DNA of 62,394 bases, the filler included. It is 4 parts of 4 records of this genome, joined end to end, with 100 filler letters (N's around TTAATTAATTAA, not from the genome) between each part and the next. Parts side by side here need not be neighbours in the genome. Positions count along the whole stretch, not along the records: positions 47,320 to 62,394 come from SRR31147125_5428; 3 more parts are not named here. One strand, given 5' to 3'. Below, piece after piece: positions 52,513 to 62,394 of the stretch. The position numbers and the translations under genes are program-made. The notes beneath the pieces were generated by a model. It was not told the origin of the DNA. It saw nothing but the letters and a program-made list of their open reading frames with translations, and searched no databases. Numbering within the stretch: position 1 is the stretch's first letter; each line of letters opens with the position of its first letter.

Positions 52513-55500
52513 TTGGCAGATAAGAGTAATAGAGAAATTATAAATAGTCATGACGACATGGAAAATAGTTCATATGAAGTTATTAAGAATCGTCTTATTA
52601 GTCATGGGCAAGATTTATCTAGCCGTATTGAAAAGCTTAATTCTTCTAGAAAAGAAGTATTTGGTTCAATAGAAACAAAGCTGCTTGGCAGTGAGAGAAT
52701 AATAACTGATAATAATTGTGTGCCAAGGGATATGGCACCAGTTGGTGATAAGTTTATTTTTGGGTACAATGTGCATATTGGACTTAAGTCAAAAGTTGGG
52801 TTAGATGATGTTTTTTCTGTTTATCAATATAACGACAATAAATTTGATAAGCAAGCTTTAGAGCTAATTAATGATAGCCAGTTTATTAGTGACTTTGATG
52901 AGCTGTATGAGTATTATAAAGATACGTTTTTTGCCAAGTTTACAATTGCAAATTCATATTTTTATATGATTTTTCAAACAGGAAAAAGCGCAACCGATGT
53001 TAAGGCGTTTAAGTGGTTAATAGAAGGAGATAAACTCACTTATATAGATAATAGAAGCGACCATGAAGTGGGGTTTGTAAGCAAAACAGATTTTGATTTT
53101 ATTAGTACAACGCGTGATGACCAAAGAAGCGGTACTTATCCACATGTTTCTATTTGTGACAGAGTATTTGTTGAAACAATTGGTGGAGATTTAACAATCA
53201 AAATTGAAGATAACACTCAATCTGGAAAAGGCATATATACTGAACCTGTAGAGGACAAAGACCAAAACCTTGATGATGCAGAAATATCGTATGTAGAATT
53301 AGATCAGATTATTATTTTGAAAATACTTCCATATAACGAAAAAAATACTCGCTATTTTGTATTTAACGACAAGCTAAAGAGAGTAACTCGCATTGACTCT
53401 ATAGAGGATGACTGTATGCTTTTGCCGTCTAATCATGGAATAGTATTTCCTTTAGGATATTATCTAACTAGCGGAGAAAATAAAGTATTTGATATTACGT
53501 GTGGCAAACCAGTTTTTGATCAAATGATTCAGTCTTCAAACGGCGAGGACTTCCAGTACATCTTTTATGATATAGAAAGTGGAACATACCTCATATATAC
53601 GTACAACATCATTGAACAGGTGATTGAAACTCCAATTGTATGCAGTGGATATTCGCATTTTGATAATGGTGAAATGATTGTTTTTAAATCGGAAAATGAT
53701 CCACGCAAAAATCATATTATTCAAATATGGCAGACACCTTATGTAGGAAAAAACTATGTATTACAAAATGATGATAATTCGACACTTTTTAGTATTGGCA
53801 ACAAGGACATTGTCGGATGTATGTCGGATTGTAAAGTTGTTCATAAACTTATCCAAAAAGGCGAGCAATATCAGAGTATTTATATTGACCTTGTAAAAGA
53901 AACACAAACCATTATCGATTCTTATTTTTGGCTGGGCAAAAAAGAAGTAGGTAATTTAAAGGAAGTTCTTATTAAAATAAAAGAGACTTCTACTTTTGCT
54001 ATTGGTGAATTCGAAAAAGCTACAAGGATTAAAAATACAACCAAGACTAAAATTCAAAATGTTAGCGAAAAATCTGAGGAGCTATTTAAACAGTTAGACT
54101 ATAATACATTTGTCTCAACATTTGATTATGTTGAGACACTTTCGGATATCCGTGCAATCCGCGGTATGATTGCAAGCCTTCGAGATTTAAGATATACAAA
54201 TATTGAGTTTATTGATAAACTTGATGAAAAAGTAAAAGAAAAAAATGAATTGTTTTCTAAAAGATGTGTTGAGTTTTTAGTTGAACCTAAAGGCTTTGAA
54301 CCATATGAGAAAAAGATAGATTTTCTGAAAAAAGAAATAGATACAGTTGGAAAATCCAGTGACGGGAAAGAACTTTCTCACAAAATGGATCAAATTTCAT
54401 CTGACTTGGAGCTTTTGATTGATATCGTTGGGAATATAAATATTGATGACCCAACAAAGATAACTGAGATTATAGAAAAGATATCAACTCAGCTTTCATT
54501 AATAAATAATGCTAAAGCAAGGCTAAAAGCAAAAGTTGATCAGTTTAATAAGCGCGAAATGGAAACGCAGTTTAATGCTCAGATGAAGCTTATAAGTCAA
54601 GCTGTTGTTAATTATTTAGATATATCTGATTCTGTAGATAAATGTGATGAATACTTAAATAAGATTATGGTCCAAGTTCAAGAGCTGGAGAGTAAGTTTG
54701 CTGAGTTTGAAGACTATATAATTAAGCTTAGTGAAAAAAGAGAAGAACTATACAATGCTTTTGAGGGTAAGAAACAAAATATAGTTGATAAGCAAAACAA
54801 GCGTGTTATGGCATTATTTAATTCTTCTGAACGTATCTTGAGTGGTATTGAAAACCGTTTAAAAAGTTTTGGGTCTGTTGAAGAAATTAACACATATATA
54901 GCAACTGACATTATGGCTGAAAAGGTTAGAGATGTTACTGCTAAGCTTAGGGAGTATGGAGATAATGTTAAGTCTGATGAAGTAGGTTCGAAACTAAAAA
55001 CATTAAAAGAAGAAGCTATTAGACAACTTAAAGATCAAAAAGATTTATTTGTTGCTGGCGAAAATGTCATTAAACTCGGAAAACACCATTTTTCAGTTAA
55101 TACTAAAGATATAGAATTATCAATGGTTCAAAAAGACGATGGTATGTATTACCATATAACAGGTACTGATTTTTGGGATAAAGTTGAAAATGATGAACTA
55201 GAAAAATATCAGCACGTTTATAGTCAAAGTATTGTTTCTGAAAATAAAGAAGTCTTTAGAGCAGAATATTTAGCATACTTGATATTTAAATCTGCACAAA
55301 ACGGAGAAACCAGCTCGCTTGATGACTTATATTCGAAAACAGAGACTGAGCTATTAGACTTTGTACGAAAGTTTATGGAACAAAGATATCAAGAGGACTA
55401 TATTAAAGGTGTTCACGATATTGATAGTTCGAAGATATTAAAAAACCTTCTTTCCCTACATGAAAATGTTGATTTGTTAATATATAATAATGAAATTAGA

Positions 55501-57452
55501 GCGTGCGCTAGGCTGTTTTGGAATTGCTTAGCTGATAAGAAAATAAAAGAATTGATATCAAACAGGTTAAAAGAGCTTGCTAAAGTTAGTGCATGTTTTA
55601 ATAAAGCACCTAGTTTGCAAAACTATATTCCTCTTGTTGAAAAAAAACTAAAACTAGCATATGAAAACTGTATGCTTTTTAAAAGCGATAATATGAATAT
55701 TGTTGCTGAATATCTTTGCAAAGAAGTGATGCGAGATGATTCGTTTGTTGTAAGTAAAGAGGCTAAAAAAATACACGATGGATTTAAAAGTATCTTCGTG
55801 AGAAAAAAGTTTTAGATAAGTTTTTACAATCGATAGCAAATTGCTCTAATGACCTAGAAGGATTATTTTATTTAGTTAAAGAGTGGTTAAGAGCTTATGA
55901 ATCTTACATTAATATAAATAATAATTCTTCTGAAATGAATAGTAGTCCATTTGTTGGATTAGAAGATGGAGAGGTTTTTGGAGTTATTAACGAGGTTGTT
56001 GTATTTTTAATTGAGAATAATACTTATCTTGGAAGAGTGATAAATATTGATACTAATATAATGATATCAGGCTTGGTTAGCACACATTCTACAATAGTAG
56101 AAGGAGAATATAAACTTAGCTATACTAAATTTATGAATAAGCTGAGTCAGTATACGGATGTAGTTGTACAAGACTATAAGAAACTCCAAGAAATCAAAAA
56201 AACCTTGATTGGGAACTTTAAAAAAGATTTAAATCTTGATGAATTTAAACCACAGGTACTTTCGTCGTTTGTTCGTAATAAGCTGATAGATAAAGTATAC
56301 TTACCTTTAATTGGTAACAATCTTGCAAAGCAAATCGGTGTTGTTGGTAAGGATAAGCGTACTGACCTTATGGGAATGCTTCTGTTGGTTTCTCCACCAG
56401 GATACGGTAAAACAACTCTAATGGAATATATAGCAAGCAGGCTTGGGATTATACTTGTAAAGGTAAATGGTCCATCCATTGGGTATGATGTTACGTCGCT
56501 TGACCCTGCAAAGGCTGATGATAAAAGTGCTAAAAGCGAACTTCAAAAGCTTAATATTGCGCTTAAAATGGGTAACAATGTAATGATTTATGTTGATGAT
56601 ATTCAACACTGCAATCCAGAGTTTTTACAGAAGTTCATTTCACTTTGTGATGGACAAAGGAGAATTGATGGCGTTTATAAGGGCGAAGGGCAAACATATG
56701 ATTTAAGAAACAAGAAAGTGGCAGTTGTTATGGCTGGTAACCCATATACCGAAAGCGGCGAGAAGTTTAAGGTGCCAGATATGCTATCTAATAGAGCTGA
56801 TGTTTATAACCTTGGAGATATGCTAAGCGAAAATGAAGATGCGTTTAAGCTTAGTTATATTGAAAATAGCTTAACATCTAATCCTATACTCAATAAACTG
56901 GCGAGTAAGACTCTTGATGATTTGTATGGAATTATTGAGATTGCAAATGGTGCTGAGAGAGAAAGGGTTACCTTGGAAGGCGAGTTTTCTGCTGATGAGC
57001 TTAATGAATATACTGGCGTAATATCTAAATTGTTTAAAGTTAGAGACATTGTTTTAAAGACTAATATGGAGTATATATATTCGGCATCACAAGCGGATGA
57101 ATACCGAAAAGAGCCGCCATTTAAACTTCAAGGTTCGTACAGAAATATGAATAAGATTGCTGAAAAAATTGTTCCAATAATGAATGAGGAAGAATTAAAT
57201 CATCGAATTTTATCAAGCTACGAGAATGATTCACAAACTCTTACAAGTGATGCGGAGGCGAATATGCTAAAGTGGAAAGAGATTGTTGGATGTTTAAAAA
57301 ACGAAGAAAAGAAACGCTATGATGAAATTAAGGCAACATTTATTAAGAATAAATCTGCAGCAGGCGATGTGAAAATGAGTCAAGCAGTAGGAGCTTTAGA
57401 AAGTCTTGCTGAAAATATTGCACAAATCAAAGACATAATTGATAAACAGTAG
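52513..57452 (+). CDS. Giant AAA+ ATPase of the DUF3686 / 'DNA repair ATPase' type, ~1646 aa (frameshift at A4 55786-55789)
   Basis: YEVIKNRL, FVETIGGDLTIKIEDNT, QIWQTP, long helical middle, SSFVRNKLID, Walker A SPPGYGKTT, Walker B IYVDD, AGNPY, EPPFKLQGSYRNMNK. Confidence 0.85.
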
Positions 57453-57457
57453 ATGTC

Positions 57458-57600
57458 TGAGACTGCTTCAAAGCTCATGTCAACCTTCAAAATGGTGTAA
57501 AATAAAAATACCATATTGGAGGTTTTTGTTATGGCAGAAAATAAATAACAGAGGAAGAGAGAAGAAAAAAGCATTGTATAGAGTTGCTGCAAGTAGCAAA
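57458..57600 (+). mobile_element. Possible degenerate IS3-family left end / orfA remnant
   Basis: TG-starting end-like sequence, short hairpin, strong GGAGG RBS, then a broken MAENK-x-TEEERRK..SIV frame resembling IS3 orfA N-termini (KYTEEFK..IV). Confidence 0.3.
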
Positions 57601-57758
57601 TATACAAAGTAGTGATATGGCTAACACCCTACTTATGAATAGTCCTTTTTAAAGATAGTTGATTAACTTGCTTCGTCATTTGGTTATGTATATTTTGCTA
57701 TTTATGATAGAATATATAAAAAAAGCATGTTAAAAAACATAATTGAAAGGGTTTAAAT

Positions 57759-58445
57759 ATGAAAAGAAGCGAAGTTAATGAAGCAATAAATTGGGCAAAG
57801 GAATTGCTTAAAAAAGAAAACATAACTTTACCAGAATTTGCTTATTGGAATATGCAAGATTGGCAAAGAAACAAAGAAAAGATTGATATGATTAGGAAAA
57901 CAATGCTTGGATGGGATGTAACGGACTACGGACTTGACGATTATAAAAACGTAGGAGGCGTATTGTTTACTGTACGTAACGGAGATCAAAAGGACACAAG
58001 CATTGGTGTACCATATGCAGAAAAATATATTTTGTTAGAGCAGGGGCAATCGCTGCCAGTACACTTTCACTATTCGAAAACTGAGGATATAATCAATAGA
58101 GCAGGAGGGGTTTTGGCACTTCAATTATATAATGCAAATGAAGATGAAAGCATCGATTTTGAAACGCCTGTTGAAGTATATATGGATGGTATAAAGCATA
58201 TTGTTAAAGCGGGAGAAGTAGTTACAGTTGAAGTAGGCGGAAGTATCACTTTAACACCATATATGTATCATAAATTCTGGGCACTAGAATGCGAAGGCGA
58301 TTTGGTCGTAGGTGAAGTTTCTTCGGTTAATGATGATAACGTGGATAATAGATTTAATCCTATTTTACCTAGGTTTGGCAATATTGAAGAAGACGAAGCA
58401 GCTAATTTACTGCTTTGTAATGAATATGAAGGACTGTTTGAATAA
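57759..58445 (+). CDS. D-lyxose/D-mannose-family sugar isomerase (cupin)
   Basis: MKRSEVN, LGWDVTDYG, LFTVRNG, PYAEK, PVHFHYSKTEDIINR, GEVSSVNDDNVDNRF. Confidence 0.9.
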   Translation: MKRSEVNEAINWAKELLKKENITLPEFAYWNMQDWQRNKEKIDMIRKTMLGWDVTDYGLDDYKNVGGVLFTVRNGDQKDTSIGVPYAEKYILLEQGQSLPVHFHYSKTEDIINRAGGVLALQLYNANEDESIDFETPVEVYMDGIKHIVKAGEVVTVEVGGSITLTPYMYHKFWALECEGDLVVGEVSSVNDDNVDNRFNPILPRFGNIEEDEAANLLLCNEYEGLFE

Positions 58446-58728
58446 AGCATAATTGAGTTGTTTGTTTCGATTAATAAAAATGCAAATTAAAGCAAGTTAT
58501 ATTATATAAACAAGATATCTGAATCAACGTACTTCGTATCTTGGATTAAAAAGACAAAGTCATTATGCCTCAATTTGCCTATGATAACAATAAAAACAAT
58601 TTACAATAGTTTTAGGTATACTTTCCTCAAATGTTATTTGTGTAGCTTTTTAGTTTTACTAATTATTGTTTCAATTGTTTGTATAAGAAGTGTGAAAGAA
58701 GAAAAGTAAAGAAAATTGATGTGTAGAT

Positions 58729-58753
58729 GGGCGAATCTTAGGATTCGTCCTTT
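58729..58753 (+). terminator. Intrinsic terminator-like hairpin
   Basis: GGGCGAATC-ttag-GATTCGTCC followed by TTTT. Confidence 0.6.
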
Positions 58754-58850
58754 TAACTATGAAGAAATAATACGATAAATAATAATAAGTTTTGAATTAT
58801 TGCATATGGTATAATAAAAAAAATACAGGTGTATATAAAGGATTATTGAT

Positions 58851-59821
58851 ATGAAGCATATTTTAACCAAGTTTTTTTGATTCTGTTGACTTTTGTTTGT
58901 ATTCTGTTTGCCTCTTGTACTACTGAAAATAAAAAACAGAATACGGATTTTGTTTTGGGTTTTTCGCAACTTGGAAGTGAAAGTGGATGGAGAATTGGTA
59001 ATTCAAAATCAATAAAGGATGCGGCAAATGACGCTAACGTCGATTTGATATTTTTAAATGCTGAACAAAAGTATGAAAATCAAGTTAAGGATATAAGAAG
59101 ATTAATTGCGAATCGAGTAGATATCATTGCTTTTGCGCCAATTGTAAATACAGGCTGGGATAATGTTTTAACGGAGGCATTCGCAGCAGGGATTCCTGTT
59201 ATTATAACGGACAGAGGGATTGTTGTTGAAGATGAACATCTTTATAGTGCCTTTATAGGTTCGGATTTTGAAAAAGAAGGTGAGAGAGCGGCTGAGTTTT
59301 TGATTGAATATTATATGAGCTCGTCGCGGGATGTCAAAATAATAGAATTACGAGGAACAGAAAATTCTACACCTGCCTTGGGAAGAAAAAGTGGTTTTGA
59401 GGAATTGATCAACAGGCACGAACAATTTGAAATTGTTGAAAGTTACAATGGAGATTTTATGAAATCAAGAGGCGAAGAAATTATGTTGGATGTGCTTGGA
59501 GAAGAAATTGAGTTTGATGTCATTTATTCTCATAACGATGCTATGACATATGGGGCAATAGAGGCTCTAGAGAAAAGGGGTATTAACCCTGGTAAAGATG
59601 TAGTTATTATTTCGGTAGATGGTGAACAACAAGCGATAGAATTACTAAAACAAGGTAAAATTAACTGTGTAGTAGAGTGTACACCACTGATTGGTGAAAA
59701 GATAATGGAAGTTTCAAGAAAGATTTTAAATGGAGAAGTTGTAGAAAAAAATATATATTCGCATGAAACAGTATTTACAATGTGGGATGACCTAAGTGAG
59801 CTAGAGAATAGAGGATATTAG
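58851..59821 (+). CDS. Sugar-binding lipoprotein (YtfQ/RbsB-like), probably the sensory partner of the HK (frameshift at T7 58872-58878)
   Basis: One extra T gives MKHILTKFFLILL...FASC lipobox; GFSQLGSESGWR, IPVIITDR, HNDAM, ISVDG, VECTP. Confidence 0.88.
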
Positions 59822-59823
59822 TA

Positions 59824-61275
59824 ATGAAAATGTCTATTATAAAAAGAATAAATAAGTTCTTTATTTATGTGATGATATTTTCTATAATTAGTATTTTCAT
59901 AAATATGGTGATTTCATACGTTTTAACCAACAAGTATAATCAAATTGTTACAAACATTGAATATACAAAAAACCTTATCTCGCTAGTGGAAAGAGATATT
60001 CCAAACGAAACTTGGAAAATTGTATGCGGGATGATTAAGTTTGAAGACGGAAAACAAGATGAAATTATAGAAGAGATAAATAATGGTATAGAATACCTTA
60101 AAAATCATTCTGTTGATACAAGAAAAACCGAGCTTGAACTTGCTCTTAGAACAACCAATACGCTTGATAGCTATATTCAAAAATTAAGATTGCAAATTGA
60201 GGATGGTTCGAAAGTTGATGATTTGGTTGCAACAAATGAGGAAATAAAAAGTGTTGCCGTTGTTGTTAGTGAAATGTTGGAAGAATATAACAATGCAGAA
60301 ACAGCAAGTGTTGCAGTAATAAATAAGAATATTTCTATTATCCAAAATATTTTAGTGTATTTTAATATTACTATTATAGGTGTCTTTACCTACTTCATGA
60401 TAAAGAACCGGTCGAGGCTTACAAAAGCTATTCAAAAACCGCTGAGTTCTTTGGAAGATATGTCGGTTAAAATTGCAGGTGGAGACTTTGGCGTTAGAGC
60501 TAATGATACGGAAGTTTATGAGCTAGAGGCCCTTACAAATAGCCTGAACTTTATGGCGAGCAAGATAGAGGAGCTTATTGACGAAAATAATAGAAAGCAT
60601 GAAAATTTAAAAAAAGCAGAAATGAACTTACTGCAAGCACAGATTAAACCGCATTTTTTATATAATACATATGATACTATTATATGGCTTGCTGAACAAA
60701 GGAAAGTAGACGATGTTGTAAAAGTTGTGCAAGCACTTACAACTTTTTATCGCACCTCACTCAGTAAGGGCAAGGATTGGGTTTCGATTGAGGATGAGAT
60801 TAAGCATGTCGAAAGCTATTTGATTATTCAAAAATTTAGATATGGAAATATACTTCAATATACGATTAATTACCAAGAAGATATCAAACGACTATATATA
60901 CTAAAACTACTCTTGCAACCGTTAGTAGAAAATTCTATATATCATGGCATAAAGTATTTAAGAGAGCCAGGGCATATAAAGATTGATGTTTATAAAGAAA
61001 TAGATTTTCTGATTATTGAAATTGAAGATAATGGAGTTGGTATTGCGAAAGATCAGCAAAAAAAGCTGTTAGAGCAGATGAATGATGATGAAATTCATAC
61101 TCAGGACGATGCATCGTTTGGTATGCTTAATGTATACCAGCGAATAAAGTTATATTACGGAAAAGATAGTGATATTTTGATTGAAAGCGAAGAGAATAAA
61201 GGAACTAAAATAATACTTAAGCTAAATATAAATGCTTATAAAAATAGACAGACAGGTGAAGGACAATATGTATAA
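59824..61275 (+). CDS. YesM/LytS-type sensor histidine kinase
   Basis: 2 TM + HAMP; LQAQIKPHFLYNT, LQPLVENSIYHG, DNGVG, FGMLNV..RI. Confidence 0.93.
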   Translation: MKMSIIKRINKFFIYVMIFSIISIFINMVISYVLTNKYNQIVTNIEYTKNLISLVERDIPNETWKIVCGMIKFEDGKQDEIIEEINNGIEYLKNHSVDTRKTELELALRTTNTLDSYIQKLRLQIEDGSKVDDLVATNEEIKSVAVVVSEMLEEYNNAETASVAVINKNISIIQNILVYFNITIIGVFTYFMIKNRSRLTKAIQKPLSSLEDMSVKIAGGDFGVRANDTEVYELEALTNSLNFMASKIEELIDENNRKHENLKKAEMNLLQAQIKPHFLYNTYDTIIWLAEQRKVDDVVKVVQALTTFYRTSLSKGKDWVSIEDEIKHVESYLIIQKFRYGNILQYTINYQEDIKRLYILKLLLQPLVENSIYHGIKYLREPGHIKIDVYKEIDFLIIEIEDNGVGIAKDQQKKLLEQMNDDEIHTQDDASFGMLNVYQRIKLYYGKDSDILIESEENKGTKIILKLNINAYKNRQTGEGQYV

Positions 61276-62394
61276 GGTTGTTATTGTTGATGATGAATTT
61301 AGAACAAAGGAAAGACTGCTTAATTTAACTAATTGGTCTGATACAAATTATAATTTTTGCGGAGAAGCATCGGATGGAGAGATGGCGCTTAGCCTTATTA
61401 ATGAATTAAAGCCAGATATTGTGATCACCGATATCGAAATGCCTTTTATGAATGGGCTAGAGCTTTCGGCTATTTTGAAATCGACGATGCCATGGATTGA
61501 AATTATTCTTATCAGCGGATATGATGAGTTTGAGTATGCTCAAGAGGCATTGAAGCTTGGGATATCAGATTATATCTTAAAACCAATCGAACTAGAGAAC
61601 CTAAATACTGTACTTGGTAGTGTTGTTAAAAAAATTGAAGATGAAAAAGAAAAAGATTTAAAATTGTTGCAGATGGAAAGTAAATTGCAGGATTTTGGTG
61701 ATTTTCAAAGAGATTTACTTTTTGAGAGCATTATTTTAAACAATTATTCAACAAAAACCATTATTGAGCGATATAAAGAATATGGTTTTGATATCATTAA
61801 AAAGCATTATGTGGTTATGGATATAAAAATATGTTCTGAAAAAAGCATTGATTATGTTGGTATAAAAGCATTATGTAGCAGAACACTAAAAAAATAAGCA
61901 ATGCGCTATACTATTATAGGCTTCAGGGTAAGCTGCTAATTATACTAGCAGATAATGACCAATCCAGATTAAAAGAACAGGCTTTTGCGCTTGCAGGAAC
62001 GATGAAGTATGAAATTAAACAATTTGAAAATCACGATGTAATAATTGGTATAGGAAACGTAGCCGATAGGCTAAGAGGTGTGTGCGATTCGTATATTAAT
62101 GCCAGAAGAGCAAGGTCTTACGTAAATGATATGTATATTGGACATATATTATATTATGACGACGTAGAAAGTAATATGATTGAAGTTGATTCAAATATAG
62201 AAAATCAAATGCTTGGCGAATTATTATATATGAACGAGCAGGATGTTGACGGTTTTATCGAAAGAATATTAAAGCAAGAGGAAACGCCTGGAATATATAA
62301 GTATTATCAAATAACAAGTATATTATTTGAGTGTGCAAAGATCATAAAAAAGAGCGGAGGAAATCCTTCTGATATTTTACCTTTTGTTAAAGAA
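61268..62394 (+). CDS. YesN-type response regulator (receiver plus long central domain), 3'-truncated; frameshift at A7 61888-61894
   Basis: VVIVDDE, TDIEMPFMNG, ISGYDEFEYAQEA, YILKP. One extra A continues the frame to the window end. Confidence 0.88.

Noticed and set aside
58446-58850. Long intergenic region as a riboswitch or T-box
   Set aside because: No recognisable aptamer or T-box motifs; only isolated hairpins.

Overview
Low-GC, anaerobic Clostridia-like draft sequence made of four contigs joined by artificial 100-bp N44-TTAATTAATTAA-N44 linkers (17110-17209, 41634-41733, 47220-47319), so gene adjacency across the linkers means nothing. Contig 1 (1-17109) is a convergent carbohydrate-catabolism island. 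Its + strand carries LacI regulator, FGGY kinase, Zn polyol dehydrogenase, aldo-keto reductase, stand-alone GatZ-type epimerase and RbsD/FucU. Its - strand carries a sugar ABC transporter, a second RbsD/FucU, a shikimate-dehydrogenase-like enzyme lacking the carboxylate-binding residues, a heme-binding/UPF0303 protein, a PflD-like glycyl radical enzyme with its activase, a highly divergent 593-aa ROK-like kinase and Pfk. This island is the best candidate for an undescribed pathway (PTS-independent radical catabolism of an anhydro-sugar or neutral cyclic polyol; inference). Contig 2 (17210-41633) holds an electron-bifurcating [FeFe]-hydrogenase operon with two Rex-like boxes, yabPQ, two YjzC-like paralogs flanking an LRR-RCC1 lipoprotein, uvrA, ligA (with an unusual insertion), gatCAB, zupT, a GGDEF protein and a partial MCP. 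Contig 3 (41734-47219) has yibE/F plus two 5'-nucleotidase-family genes, different-looking codon usage, and ends at an rRNA-type promoter. Contig 4 (47320-62394) has DUF4914, a hypothetical gene with a sigma28 promoter and canonical CsrA hairpins, a YqiJ-flotillin-giant AAA ATPase operon without PspA, a D-lyxose-family isomerase and a sugar-binding protein/YesM/YesN sensing module. About ten genes are split or falsely fused by apparent single-base deletions, mostly in homopolymers, which is most likely sequencing error. No tRNA, rRNA or CRISPR array was seen. All family calls come from motif recognition by eye; no database search was run.
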